From contig NW_004797323.1 of assembly GCF_000002075.1 (NCBI RefSeq), positions 1,428,170 through 1,492,169 on the forward strand: a stretch of DNA of 64,000 nucleotides. The letters run 5' to 3'. A program made the translations under genes and the position numbers. Position 1 is the first letter of the stretch. Each line of letters opens with the position of its first letter. Positions 39,061-52,243 of the stretch are shown one piece after another. Under the pieces are notes generated by a model. It was not told the origin of the DNA. It did not search any database and saw only the letters and a program-made list of their open reading frames with translations. Source of the DNA: Aplysia californica (lineage: Eukaryota).

Positions 39061-39383
39061 TGTGGTTAGGCTACCGGACTCGTAATCGTGAGGTTGTAGG
39101 TTTGGTGGTTCGAGCCGCAGGCCCGACGTTGTGTCCATGGGAAAGGCACTTTACACATATTTTCCTCACTTCACCCAGGTGGGAATGGGTACAAGGCCAT
39201 AGACAGTGAAAGATCTTGTCAGTATGTTAGTGTTTTAGCGCCTATAAATGGCCGCTTGCACAGTATATTTCCCAGGAAGTTGAGGTTGTTTCAGAATGCT
39301 CTCAGGTCTGCTGGGGTAATAGTATAGATTGTGAAACGCATAGAGTGGGGATTTGCGCTTTTCAAATGCTATCTATTATTATT
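39061..39383 (+). mobile_element. CORE-type SINE, copy 2
   Basis: Colinear match to 12037-12390. Confidence 0.85.
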
Positions 39384-39537
39384 AAACACTACTTGTACTA
39401 TTTATTTAAAAAAAACAGAAATCAAGACAATATCGATTCTATGGCAACCAAAAGACTGATCATCGTGCAAACTGGATCGTCATCATCATAACATTTTAAG
39501 CAAAAATAAAACTTAAGGAAAACAGAAAAAGACTTAC

Positions 39538-39616
39538 CATAGGCTTCACTGCCTGCTTCACTCCTTTAAAGACTTTCTGAACCAGTTTCCTAGCCACAGG
39601 GTCATCTTCCGCTTCG
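39538..39616 (-). CDS. CENP-U-like gene exon 7
   Basis: ctctcag|C, ATG|gtaagt; CEAEDDPVARKLVQKVFKGVKQAVKPM; phase 2 in, 0 out. Confidence 0.85.
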
Positions 39617-39943
39617 CTGAGAGGAGAGAAACAAGAATTTACCAATGATAATTGTTATTTATCAAATTGAATGTAATCATCTCAGCACCAATTATCTACC
39701 TGCTCAAAGTTATTGAACAAACTAAAGCATCACGCCCCTTGATGAAAAAGATTTCTCTAGGTCAGGATCACTTCTTTCCTGACAAAAGTATACTTATAAA
39801 AAACCCCAGAAACACTATGAGGATAATTTCATTATTGAAAATATTACAGGCTGCTCACACAATATGTGGACATTTTTTTTTGTTCAGTGTAGTAAATGCA
39901 GCGAGTAGGCATGGGTACAACCAAATTTTAGTGTCTGGTTTAA

Positions 39944-40160
39944 CTCTTTATCTCCGAGGGGGGGTGGTTAAACCCATTACGCTGGGGCCCTTTTTGGTAC
40001 TACATCTAAAAATGATAAAAACATCATTAAATGGGTCATTAAATCAAAACAAGTGAACCTATTTTGACAGTTCTTCATCTAATGAATGAAATCCGATAAA
40101 AGAGACCTGTTTTCGGCTCTGACCGCAAGCCGCTGGGAGAGGCTTGCCGGAGATAAGGAG
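39944..40160. mobile_element. TTAA-targeting (piggyBac-like) MITE
   Basis: TTAA-CTCTTTATCTCCG...CGGAGATAAGGAG-TTAA. Confidence 0.75.
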
Positions 40161-40989
40161 TTAAGTCTGAGATCAAGATGTAGCAAAGTTATGAGACTCA
40201 AGGTCCCTATAATCTAACATGGTGCAGATCAGTGACCCTTTTCTTGTACAGCTGAACATGCTTCAATGATTACTTGTTCAAGACAAGTAAAAACTGTACA
40301 GACAACCACTTCTCATTTGCTTTTTTTTTTCTTGAATGTAACGACACTGTCCAAGACGTCCCCCCAACTCAAAGACAACCATTTTCCTCCTTGACAATGG
40401 GTGGCTGTTACACTTTAGGTAATTTCGACTACTTGCTGCAACCAGCACTTTCAGGCACGCATTTGCCTGACCAGTTACAAGTATCACTATATTGTCTTTT
40501 ATGGCCACCGTATTATCAAGGAGATGAGTGACTGTCTCATTATTGTGTAAAAAATTCTTTTTAATAGGCAAGAGAAGACATGGGAAGCGACTGTTTATAT
40601 AGGTGATTACCTTATACAGCTGGCCGGAAGAGTAGGTTCGACTGTACCAAGAAAGCACTAGCACTGTAATTTGTAGTGACAGGCAGTACCTAAAGGCACC
40701 ACAATATGCGGTAATCTTTTTCCAACAAAGCTTTAAATAAGCATGCCAAGAAAACAAACAACAGAGGGTTTGGCGGGATTAAAAAGTTCACTTTCGAACC
40801 ATCAGGGGACATGACAACACCCCCCCCCCCCCCCCCTCCACGTTACGAATGTCTGAAACCTCGTAGTGAGGAACATGCCTTTAAAACTACTATTTGTGTC
40901 TGGTAGGGCATCAAAAATATACACAAAAAAACCCCAAAAAACCAACAACAAAAAAAGCTCCACATAAGCCGCCTTTGCCCATGCCTCAC

Positions 40990-41101
40990 CACAACTGATG
41001 CTCCAGATCCAGGAAAGAGTCAAAGATAACATCCAGCGGACTCAAGTCTGTCCCCACACACGTCTGGCCTTCCTCTCGCCACAAACAGACAGTCTGACCA
41101 C
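40990..41101 (-). CDS. CENP-U-like gene exon 6: start of conserved domain (NAGNAG acceptor, alternative start 41104)
   Basis: tttcagcag|GT, TG|gtgagg; GQTVCLWREEGQTCVGTDLSPLDVIFDSFLDLEHQL; phase 1 in, 2 out. Confidence 0.82.
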
Positions 41102-41579
41102 CTGCTGAAACATTGAGGAAAAATAACAGTCAATGAATGGTACTACATGTTCTAAAAACTGCTGATGTCACATATTATATTAGGTAACACAGAGTAAATC
41201 ATTAAATCTGAAAAGCTGGGTTTTTCTGACTCAAATGTACGGATTAAAATCCATATTAAAAATACCATAAAGTGGGCACCAAACAAACACCATAAATGAA
41301 AACTTGAAAAAAAGTAAAACAACAGCTCCAAAGCAGTATAAATCTTGGAACATGGAGCTATCATTTAGCGGTTTGCTGCCTACCATGAGCAGAAAGTTAT
41401 ATTGTTTAAAATGTTGGCAAAATTGCGAACTTGATAACCGCTATCACTGAATCTGTCTCCAGGCAAGTTGACTCCTATGGTCCTGAGAGGAGAAGCCACA
41501 GAAGGCTGATGAGTCAAACCAGCTACAAGGCACAAAATCGCGTGAAAACCGAAACTTTGAGAAAGGGGGAAAAGAACAA

Positions 41580-41830
41580 ATCGTCGCCTGAGTACAACAA
41601 CCTTGTAACCCACACAATAACAAAAAACTTTTTTTTGCCTTTTTCTACTAAATGTAACGTTGCCGATTTTGTGTCAAATTTGTAGACATGTAGCTCAATA
41701 AACATTGCCAGTGGAACATTCCAACTTAAATTTTTAACAAACATTGTTAAATGAATTGACAAAGTTTTTTCCTTCTCCAGTAAAATTTTGTTTTTGTGGG
41801 ATACAGGGTTGTTGTACTCAGGCGACCAAA
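41580..41830. repeat. Inverted repeat pair (internal part of a MITE)
   Basis: GTCGCCTGAGTACAACAACC.TGTA.CCCACA / TGTGGGATACAGGGTTGTTGTACTCAGGCGAC. Confidence 0.65.
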
Positions 41831-42610
41831 TATAAGAACTGGCAAATAATTGCTTATTTGTGTTGTTGACCATGGAGTACCAATATAGTGACAAAGGATT
41901 CTCAGACGTTGAAATCTCCAGACTGAAATACAATCAATCCAACAATATCCAAAGAGGATTAAAAATATTTGCAATCGAAAGAAACTGAGAGATAACTAGG
42001 ATATCGTCCGCGGAGAATTCTAACCATCCAACTCCGATTTAGTAAATTTTGCAGGAGAGACAAAAAACTGAATTCAAAGGCTCTTATGGGGATTTACCGT
42101 CTTTAAATGCGCTAGACTGGAATACATGACTCTACTTTTAAGTATTTAAAACAAAATTACCGAAATTTTATTATTTTAAGTCCTAAACCAGAGTTATACG
42201 GATAGACCGCTCAGTTTTGGATTTCTAACCGTCCAAGTGTCGACGAACGAATTGTTCGTTTAGAATTCTCCAACCCGGCGGGGACTCCACACGCTTCGTT
42301 ACGTCTAACTCAGTCATCGTGACACGTTAGCGTTACCGAACAACTCGAAATGACTACACCTGCAGTCAATCCAATAGGAAACCTACTATAAAAGTTTTAA
42401 TTAGTACTACATAGTACTGTAGATCTAGAATCTAACAATAATACTGTTATTATATCTAACACTGAACGTCGCACTTTATTTCCACATAATTCTAATTAGG
42501 CAATGGGCTTGTCGACAGATTAAGTGCGTCCTTAAGTTTTTACTATAAAGCTACTATTTGATCCTCCATTCTCAAGGAAATTGTGAGAAGGATTGGTTTC
42601 TTGTCTAGCT

Positions 42611-42613
<3 letters not shown>

Positions 42614-42681
<68 letters not shown>

Positions 42682-42730
42682 AGAGAGAGAAGGGGGGAGG
42701 GACTGAGAGAGAGAGAGGGGGGAGGGGTCT

Positions 42731-42811
<81 letters not shown>

Positions 42812-42818
42812 GGGGGGG
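42614..42818. repeat. (GA)n microsatellite plus poly-G
   Basis: Direct reading. Confidence 0.95.
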
Positions 42819-42989
42819 CAGAGAAGAATTTCCGTATACTAATTGTCTTCATGGAGCTTCTTTTATGGCTAGATCTACTTTTTTCCTGTTTGAAGTGCAG
42901 ATTCTGTCGCAGTGCTTGCTCCTAATCACTAGCATAATAGTTCTTTCATTTATCATTTTCCTCCATGTTTTCCTGTCCTCGGTTATTTC

Positions 42990-43320
42990 TTCATAGATGC
43001 TGACATCTACTCAAAGCTTAGGTAATCTGTTTTTGCAGATGTCTTTGTACCTCAGTTTTGACCTTCCCCTTGGTCTCTTTCCCTGGGCAAGTTGTCCATA
43101 GAGAAATTGCTTCGGAATCCGGTTGTCGTCCATTCTCTTGACATGGCCCAGCTATCTCAATCTTCTTAAACACAGGATTATTTGTAGGGTTGATTCATTA
43201 TGAGCGACAACAGCAGCATCATCGGCAAAGAAAAGGTCTCGTATTCTTGTTTGGTTTTTTGATTTTGGTCTTGGCTCGAAGTCGAGCAAGATTGAAAAGC
43301 CACCCATCAGTTCTCCAGTG
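42990..43320 (-). mobile_element. RTE-clade LINE fragment nested in the Sola1 element
   Basis: DLFFADDAAVVAHNE joined via a deletion to GHVKRMDDNRIPKQFLYGQLAQGKRPRGRSKLRYKD. Confidence 0.8.
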
Positions 43321-45299
43321 GAAGAAACTGAAATGCTTGTAACTCTAAAAACATGGTTTAACTTGGTTGGAAGACTCTAGAAGTAATATGATTTTTTTAA
43401 AGCTCAACTAAACCTCATATAATGCATCCCCATCTAAAGTATGGCCTAATTAAATAACACATTTTACATAGAAAGTCATCAAGATGAGGTACGCCATAGC
43501 AGCATCCAGTGTCAACAGGAATGAATTATCCTCTTGTCCAAGCACCATTATGAGGCTTTAAAATGCTCTACCCAATGAAGCTAAAGCTCTGGTTAGCTAA
43601 AAATAAACTACATAAACCAAAACACAATACACTGCATATCAAATTAGACTTAACCGTGGGTTTTAACTTGCACACTGGTGACGTACTCAATTCTAGATTG
43701 TCATAGAACTTGTGGTAAGCAGATGGCACAACAGACTTCATTTCTTGCATTTGTTATTAAAGTTCTCTATGGACGAATTAAACTTTCTACCGTGGTACAG
43801 AGGCAGTCCCTTCATGTCTTTATGGAGAATGTCTGTGGACTCGTCGCGCTTCAAAGGCAGATGTGACCAGTCATCATCAAATCCCAGTTTGTATTTAATT
43901 TGACCATCTGGTGTGTAAACTCTGGTTGGTTAGTTTGATGAAATCAGAAAAGATACAATGAGTCAAATACTTGACTCCATATGGCTTCACTTTCCTACTA
44001 TCTTCCATTAGCCTGACATAATCAGCAGGGTAGTAGATGTGCTGTGAGCACTGTCCAACTCCATCTGTGTATAGCCTTTCTCTAGGAATTTTAATGTTAC
44101 AGTTTTACCATTGACAGAGCTGAAATGTAGCAGTGCAGAACTCATTGTGACTTTGCAGTTCGGATACAACAACATCCATCTGAATATAATGATCTGGAGT
44201 CAAATCAGATGACAAAAAATCAGCCACACAAGGAGCAAATTTATTTGCAGTCAGAGCACCTTCGAATTCATTAGAGACATAACATACACAGTCCTTGCTC
44301 TGTAGTTCCTATACTGTGAAATTGTGTACATTCAATTTTGTCTTGTAGTACAAAGCAGAAGCATTGGTGCGTGGATATAGCAGAACTGATTGCTGGTCTG
44401 TTTTGATGTATTTGATTTTGGGGCTGCCAATGCAGTTTTTCTTGCCTGCTGTCTTTATTGTATGCCCCCTCTTCCACATTCCCCTCCTCAAAGCCCACAC
44501 AAAGATCACACCTATCTTTTCGAGGATGGAACAAAGACAGGTTCATAGCATTGATCTCCTCTTTAAACTTGAAGGTAGAAAGAACCCCCCCCCCCACACA
44601 CACTCATACTTTTCTTTATACAAACGGCGGTACACTGCCTGTAAGCTCTGGAAAACAGGTTCCAAGTATAACTTACTGGAGTCCTTCGGCAATAGTGAGA
44701 TGGCAACTTGGGCAGATCACGAAGAAACTGTTTAAATACCTTTGATGCTGTAGTCTCCTCCCTAACCCCTTTTCTCTGGTCTGGAACCTCACCCTCTGCT
44801 ACACCCAACCCACATGTGAGAACAATGTGAACACACTAGTAACAAAGTACAGGACTTAAGAAGAAAGCCGTGCACACTTTGACTCTGGCCCCATTCACTC
44901 GCAGATGGTACTTCATGGACTACGATCTTCTGCTTTCTCTTTCCTTTTTCTCCACAGGCTCGACACAGTCAACCAACCCTTTAACAAAAGCAGCCTTTTC
45001 TGATTTAACATTTATTTATAATCAAACGCCTCCTTCAGAGCAAAACGTTATCGCCGTGATCCACAATGGCGGGCTACCTAAACGAATTAGACGGTTAGAA
45101 TTCTTCAGTCACGGAAGTCAGTCGGAATATACGGTTAGAATTTCTCTTTAAAACAAGACTTTTGTTTGTCAAAATTGTTCTAGATTTTAATAGGACGTAG
45201 CCATTCATTATGTCGATCTATTTTAAGGAAAAAAGCAATTCGAGAAAATTTCGAGTTAGACGGTTAGAATTCTCTGCCGACGATATGATTTCTAGAAAT

Positions 45300-45818
45300 T
45301 TGTTTGGTAAAGTGTTTTACGGTGCTCGCAACTGCATAAGGTCATATGAGCGCGCGGGACACACCTAATACGTTCAGTTGGTAGGAAATTTTGAATTTTG
45401 CCTAGGTGGCGCCGAAGCCTACTCTTATCGATTTTAGACCATCAAGGAATCTTTAACGTGCGCAACTTGCACACGGGCCCTCCGGGATTTTTCGCCCATG
45501 TCCGAGAAGGCTGGGTGTAGATCTTTCCTACCAGAAGATCAGGGGTGTGGCTGAAAGACAGCAGTAAGAAGAAGCGAAGGAGTATCAGTAGAAAGGCTGC
45601 AGAAAGAATCAGGACCCCAGAGGAAGGGGCAAAGGAGGTGAGGGGGTGGGGGCAGGAAGAGGAGACGAAAGCAGACGACAGAACATTGCTAGAGAGCAGG
45701 AAATGAGGTGAAAGGAGACAAATTTAGAGAAGAAAATTTTTCGGTCGCTATCCGGATTCGAACCCGGAACTTTTGAATGAGAGGCCAACACCTTAACCTC
45801 CAGGCCACGAGAGCCCCC
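45300..45818 (-). mobile_element. tRNA-derived SINE with Deu/Nin-like core, copy 1
   Basis: Head GGGGCTCTCGTGGCCTGGAGGTTAAGG...GGTTCGAATCC; core GCACGTTAAAGAT; perfect 11-bp TSD TTTCTAGAAAT. Confidence 0.85.
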
Positions 45819-46363
45819 TTTCTAGAAATAATTATGAGACTTCAATTTCAACAAATCAATCTAGAAAAATATTTGATACATTTTTCTAGAAACGGTTTTA
45901 GACATGCAGTCTAACCAAAATGAGCTATATCTAAGAATATATTTATAGAAAGGATTCTGAGACTCAAATCTAAAGAGACTGAGGTAAATGCAAACCAATG
46001 TGACATTTTCTGGAAAAGATTTTTGATTTTTTAGGATGCACCATATCAATATTAAAAGCAGAAATGAATAAATGAGAAACATGAACAACTCTACAGAGAA
46101 ATACTCACGGTCAGTTATTTGACTATAATAAGTTATTTGCAGCTCCTTGAGAAAAACCCGAGTTCTATCTCAGAATCCACATGCAACACAAAAACATTCA
46201 AACTATAGAGAAACAAGATGAAAAGTCGCATTTGACACAACCTCATTTTGACAAGTATAACCAAGACTATTTGAAAGAAAGTCTCTGTATAATACATTTT
46301 TCCTGAACAACAAAAATATTAGACAGGTTCCAAATAAAACAGTGAACCTCATTATCAACTCAC

Positions 46364-46604
46364 TTTTCTTGGAACCCCGAGGGGGGGTGTGTTTCTGAGA
46401 AACTTCCTCCAACACTTTGGTGAGGTTCCTCCTCTGCAGTGCCCTCTGACTCCCAACAACGGTCTCGTTGAAGGAAACGTGATGCTTTCTTTGTGAGCTG
46501 GAGACCACAGGAGCTGCTTTGGGAGGACTCTTGGACTTCTTCTGGAGAGTTCTAGAGGCTGACTGCTGACTCTGGTTCACAATGTTGAAGGTTTCATCTG
46601 AAGC
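46364..46604 (-). CDS. CENP-U-like gene exon 5
   Basis: ctgcag|GCT, AAAA|gtgagt; ASDETFNIV...RKHHVSF...PPRGSKK; phase 0 in, 1 out. Confidence 0.82.
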
Positions 46605-47552
46605 CTGCAGTATGGATATGTGAATATATCGAGCACACACAGGAGACACGAGAGGGAAACAAATAAACATATTTAGGAGTATGTTGTCTGACAGAACAGG
46701 AGGAGGCAAGTTGATAAAAGCACGATCCTATGTAAAGCATGCCGGAAGTGTGGTTATGTTCACATAACAGCAACTAGATAAGAGCAACCTCTGCCTAACA
46801 GCAACATAAGCTTGTGTAACCAAATATTTCTTCATAAATAACCCCTTTAACAGCAAGCTTTTCCTCTAGCAGCAACCTTCATTGCCATAAATTGTCGGAC
46901 AATTTTTTTTTTGACAAATCAAAAACAGTGTGAGCAATGAGAATGGACTATACTTTCAGTGTATATTCATCGAGGGCCCTCCTCTCTCACTTGCCACCTG
47001 AGGTGCATGCTAATATAATAGCTGGAGATCGTTGTATAATTAAGTCAAACATGTCAACAAAAACAAAGAAGTAAAGGTTTGGAAATGTTGCCCCTGTGGT
47101 GTAAGGTAATAGCAACAAGGAAGCAGCAAACAGACAGACATGGAAGAAGAAGATGGACAGACAATGACACTCAGAACTAAAAACTGAACCTAGAAAAGAA
47201 AAAGAGTAAAACAATGAGTAGGTGTAATGATACAGATAGAGCAGTATTTCAAGTCAAAGGGAAAAAAAAAAGCGGAGCAGATGCATCATGTAGAGATCTA
47301 GCCAAGGCTTACTCCCGAAAGTGGAGGAACAAAGGACAAGCCAAAGGGGTAAAAGTTAAATTGGAATCCCCCCCCCTTCCCCATTTCCAATTGCATGATT
47401 TAGTGCACAAATCTAGAGTAGCAGTGGGGTCACAGTTGGGGGGTACAATTATTATGTTTTAAGATGACTGAGAACAAAAAAACTATGTGATCGTTGGGAT
47501 TCATGTTCAACTTTTGACGTCAAAGGTGAATGGGGAAAGAACAGTTGCTTAC

Positions 47553-49321
47553 CATATCCACTGAAGACTCATCTTGCTGTCCGAACTGTCTGTTCCCTCT
47601 TCTTGTCTTCTTTGTCTCGCAGTCTGTTTGAAGGATTTTATTGGCACTGCGGCGGGGAATGGAAAGCTTTCGCTGTGTTTTCCGAGAGGAGTTCGCCTCT
47701 GCCGAGCTTTGACTGGCATTCTCAGCAGTTGACTTTGACAACGCTTTTTTGCCTTGATGAGAAGTTCGCTGAGCCGAAATGCGGGACTGAGACTTTGAGT
47801 TTGGGCGTTGTTTACTGTGCTGAGAGTTTAAAGTTTTTGTGTTCGACATTTCAACACATTTTGTTATTTTGGAACTTGCAACCTTGGTGGAGGTTTGCAG
47901 AAGAGAAGAATCTCCTTGTTGGGGAGAATGGCTGGAGAACCAGAAGTCAATGGGATATTGTCTTTGCTTCAACATTGACTCTGGTGTCGACAGCAAACTT
48001 ACATTTCTGAGACGACTAGGTCGTTCCCGAGAAGAACTTAGGTCCTTTGCAAAAGTTTTACTGGAATTTTGTTTTCCTGGTTTTGACATTTTTTTGCCTA
48101 CACTAGAGTCACAGCTTAGGGTATCTTTTCTCTTACTGGAATTCAGCATCGCTGATTCTTTTTTACTTTTTGGAGAATTATTTTGAGAGACTGGGCTTAT
48201 GAATTCTTTTTTGTGAGAGGAACTCACTCTTCCAGATTTTGGAGACACTTTTTTATCATGATGTGAAGTGCTCTTGGAGTTGGAGCCTGCCTGTGCTTTT
48301 CTGCGTATTGAGTTCGATGTGCGAGCATCAGAAATTTCAGCACGATGAGTTGTTCTGGAGCTAGCTGCCAGAGGGGATGTTTTTCGACTGTGAGAGACAC
48401 CATCAGGAGAACGTTTTGGAAACCTAAAATCTACAGGATATTGTCGTTGTTTCAACATAAATTCTGGTGTAGACAGCAAACTTTTGTCTCTGAGACGACG
48501 GGGTCTTTCTGTACTATCACTTTCGTTGAAACTGGCGCTTGGCATACAGGACTTTTTAGTCAACACTTCAGATTTCCTATTCAATTTAGAAGAAGAGTGT
48601 TTTCGCAGTCTGTTTGAACTTTTGACACTGTCATCTTGGTGAGGTTCCTCGACTAAAGGTGTTGCATCAGATGATGTAGGATGCTCTGAAGTACTTTCCA
48701 ATTTAGCTTTTTTGGCAGGGGAGATGCCAGGGACCTCATGACTGTGATGGTCTTTCCGATGTCTGCCCTTTCTCTCCGAATTCTCTTTGTCAGTGCTTGA
48801 GCTGGACGCATCTGACTCATCTACGCCATCTTTCACAATGTGGTGTGGAGTGTCGCCATCACTGACACTTCCATTTTGAACCACAATCTGAGACGGACTC
48901 TGATGTGTTTTCGCTCTCTCCACCTCAGAATCTGTGTTCTGGGAAACATTTGCCAGGGCCTTGTCTCGTGACAAAGTCTCATTGGGTGTCACATCAATTT
49001 TGTCACTTTCTCCAGAAGAACATGATCTGGTTTTCAAAGTTTGTGAACTGCTACATGCCACATCATCATTATCCACTGCCTTAATGACAGATGGACGCAC
49101 AACACTGTCAACATGGTCATCAACATGTATTGATTCACCAGGGGTGTGATTCAGACGATGTAAACATAGAACAGCCTCTGAAAGACGGGGACTATTGCTC
49201 ACAACCTGCCCTTTGCTTAACGATAGGTCTTTTTCCTGTGGTGACACATGCTTCTCCTTACGCAGGCTATCAGATGCCTCAGGGATAAACTCATTCACAC
49301 CACCTTTCACACCTTTGCTGC
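47553..49321 (-). CDS. CENP-U-like gene exon 4: 1769-nt Ser/Lys-rich disordered region with internal duplication
   Basis: 596-aa ORF bounded by ttttcag|GC and ATG|gtaagc; phase 1 in, 0 out. Confidence 0.88.
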
Positions 49322-49670
49322 CTGAAAAGAAAAGAAACCTATTAGTCAGCTTAAAACCATTATAATTAAGGCCATTTCTATGCTCTTACAAAATATTTGG
49401 TCAAACGTCACAAACAAGAAAATAAATTTCTGTTTGGTTTATTTCCGATCGTAATAAAAAGATCACCAAACCTTTCACAGCATGGAAACATTATTTTATT
49501 AAGACCAAAACTCCTTTGCACTTATGGGAGAAATGGGAATTGACACTTCACAATACGACCCAAAACATTCATATTCAAAACTGAGGCTATACACCACACT
49601 ACTGTAACATCCAGGTAACAATATATCATATAATAATAATAGTTAGAACAACACTTCAGCTTGCTCTTAC

Positions 49671-49707
49671 TTTGTGGTTTTGTTGGTTTGACTGTTTTGG
49701 AAGGTAC
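49671..49707 (-). CDS. CENP-U-like gene exon 3
   Basis: ctttcag|GTA, CAAA|gtaaga; VPSKTVKPTKPQ; phase 0 in, 1 out. Confidence 0.7.
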
Positions 49708-50679
49708 CTGAAAGAAAGAGAAACAAATCATCAATTTCAAAATTCAAGGTTTACCTTTTCATTAAAGTTGGTCCTCACAAAAATTAGCAAAAATAAAATG
49801 GAAACCTGCCTCACACGGAAACGGAAAGAGAAATTCCTTCCCTTTGGAGGGTTTTTACCTTAGACGGAAAATGCTTTGTTCACTCAGCCCTGATTTCAAA
49901 CAAAACTATCAAGTTAGGTTCCATTGGCTCTGACCCTTACGCCATGTCACCAGGCCAGGAAGGGGGGTAGGGGTGTGACTTGAGGGTCATTTGACCAATG
50001 CCCGCTACCTTGATTGTATGGCCAGATGAGAAAAAAAGTTTCCCAAGTGGTTTGTTACATGCACTAGAGGGGGTGGCATTGGTTGACAGTGCTTACTAAA
50101 CCAATGGGTGGGGCTAAGGGTTGAAGCAAAGGAGATGTTCAACCATTTCTGCATTTAATAGGCCAAACAGTGGACTTATATACGAGATGCAAACACTGGT
50201 GGCAATGGATGAAGACTGGGGCATGTTATTATCAGACAGGCCATAATAGCTCTTGAGAAGTGTGAAGTTTTGACCACTGCTTGCTGAACAGACAAGTGGC
50301 CCTTGATCATCCTGGCTGGGCCTCTAGAATCCCCCCCTCTCTCCTTAAATTCCCCTGTCCAAGACATAATTTTTCTCTCGCTCCCTAGCGATTCCATCTA
50401 AGACAGGTTCGACTCCTGAACTTTATTACCAGCCTCAAATGGTATGAAAACCAAGGTTCATGATTCAAAGATGGAATTGACTTTTATTAAGAATAACAAA
50501 TGATTCAAGAAAAAGTACACATTTGGCCTATTATTGTCATCCCCCTCCCTCACCAAAAAACACACAAACACACATCATAGCCATAATACGACATAGAATA
50601 GAATTTTAAAATTTGCATCATATTGCAAATCTGTATATTGTTCCATCATCTGTCTACGTACAGAAAATCTGTTCCTTAC

Positions 50680-50755
50680 CCCCTTTCCTTTGTCATTTGT
50701 AGTTTTGTGAACCACTCCATCCAGCACAAATGTCCTTTTGCTGGTTTGCCAACGA
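50680..50755 (-). CDS. CENP-U-like gene exon 2
   Basis: ttcctcag|T, GGG|gtaagg; RWQTSKRTFVLDGVVHKTTNDKGKG; phase 2 in, 0 out. Confidence 0.65.
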
Positions 50756-50839
50756 CTGAGGAAAAAACCCAACGAGACAAAACAATTAAAAAACGAACCA
50801 GATTAAACTAATGTGAATAAAAGATACTTTGCAAATTAA

Positions 50840-51080
50840 CCCTATCCGTACGCCCGGGGGTCATTTTGTACCCCTGAGGTTGTATTCTTCACACATTTCA
50901 GTATACTTCTAGTGCGAATATCTCTTTGAAACTTTCAGTATTTAAAAAAAAATAATTTTGACAGACTGCTATGCAAAGCGTATGGATTGGATTAGCGAGT
51001 AAATTTCTTCTTTGGAAAGTGGTGGCACAGAGTTCCCCACGTCGTTTGGATACAATAGTAAAACATACGTATGGATAGGG
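50840..51080. mobile_element. piggyBac-like MITE
   Basis: TTAA-CCCTATCCGTACG...CGTATGGATAGGG-TTAA. Confidence 0.8.
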
Positions 51081-51574
51081 TTAAAATCACAAATACACAT
51101 GAAAGGACAAGGTACAAAATCTCCATCATATTTCAACTTAAAAAAACAAACTATATTTAACAGTCTTCTTTTTAGGATTAAACAGAAGAGCCAAAGAGGC
51201 AGAGTGGTTAACACAATATCCTCATCATCAATTGTTTCTGAACTATCATGTGAATCAGTCTTGTTCTTTGGATACTGCATCTGTGGTGAAGATTTTGGTC
51301 ATTCCGTCCTTATGGAAGACAGCAGAAGTTGTGCTGTACCTGTAGTCTCGTATTTTATCTATGACTTGCAGCCTGTGGCCCAGACATTTGTTGCATTCAA
51401 ATTCTTCAGAAAATAATTAATGCTCTTGAAGACCTGGATCCTTTTTAATTTGCTTACAAAGACAAAAGAAATGTTGAAGGTGTTGAGCTAGTGTTTCTGA
51501 ATCCATAAAACACCTTGAAACATCTGGTATACTTAAGCAATTTTTGTTAATTTTTTTATCAGCCTATAACACTA

Positions 51575-52243
51575 TAAGATAAGATAAGATAAGATACATC
51601 TTTATTGTCCAGATCCTGGCACATTGGTTTGGTGTTCCACCACGAGTACACACACACACACACACGCACACACACACAAACACACGTACACACACATGCA
51701 CACACAAGTAGGCTTACAATCACATACATAATATAAATGAGCAGCAATTTAAACAATAATAATCGTAAGCTAGATACACACTCAATGTTATTTTGATGCA
51801 TGCTCTAAGGTCGTAAGTACACTAAACAAGATAGATGGTTAAGATGGAAGCATTTTGATAGATGATGGTAAAAATGACCTTCTGTATCTTTCTTTGTTAC
51901 AGATCAGAAGCATGGGTCTTTTACTTCTGACTGATGTTTTTATTTGAGGGAACAAGGGATGTTTGTTGTCTAAAAAGATGGAATTAATTTTCTTAGTGCA
52001 AGCTGTTATGTACAATTCATCCAAGTAGGGGAATGAAGATGTTGAAATTTTACATGCTTTCCGTATTAGTCGATTTAATTTTTCTTTATCTTGTTGTCTT
52101 GTGTTCCCGGCCCATGCTGTTATACAAAAATTGATAATACTTTCTATGGTTGAATGGTAGAACATGGACATCAATGTTTTATCAACTTTAAAATACTTTA
52201 GCTTTCTAAGAAAAAATAGTCTTTTGTTCACTTTTTTATCCAA
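51575..52243 (-). mobile_element. L2/Rex1-Babar-type LINE 3' end
   Basis: KKVNKRLFFLRKLK...FYHSTIES..FCITAW...HPL...RYRRSFLPSSI; AATAAA plus (ATCTT)n tail; (CA)n in UTR. Confidence 0.85.

Larger units (their letters stand above)
42005..45282 (-). mobile_element. Sola1-type DNA transposon relic in the intron between exons 5 and 6
   Basis: TIR CGTCCGCGGAGAATTCTAACC / GGTTAGAATTCTCTGCCGACG, ATAT TSD (AWWT); transposase fragments PRKDRCDLC, ALYYKTKLNVHNFTV, IIYSDGC, KFLEKGYTQME. Confidence 0.75.

Noticed and set aside
42532-42852. Poly-(SL) ORF; likewise the LLTY ORF at 52392-52598
   Set aside because: Translations of (GA)n and (TAAG)n microsatellites.
51180-51540. Protein-like stretches on the - strand
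   Set aside because: Stops in each frame, no convincing splice pair matching neighbouring phases, and no recognisable family.
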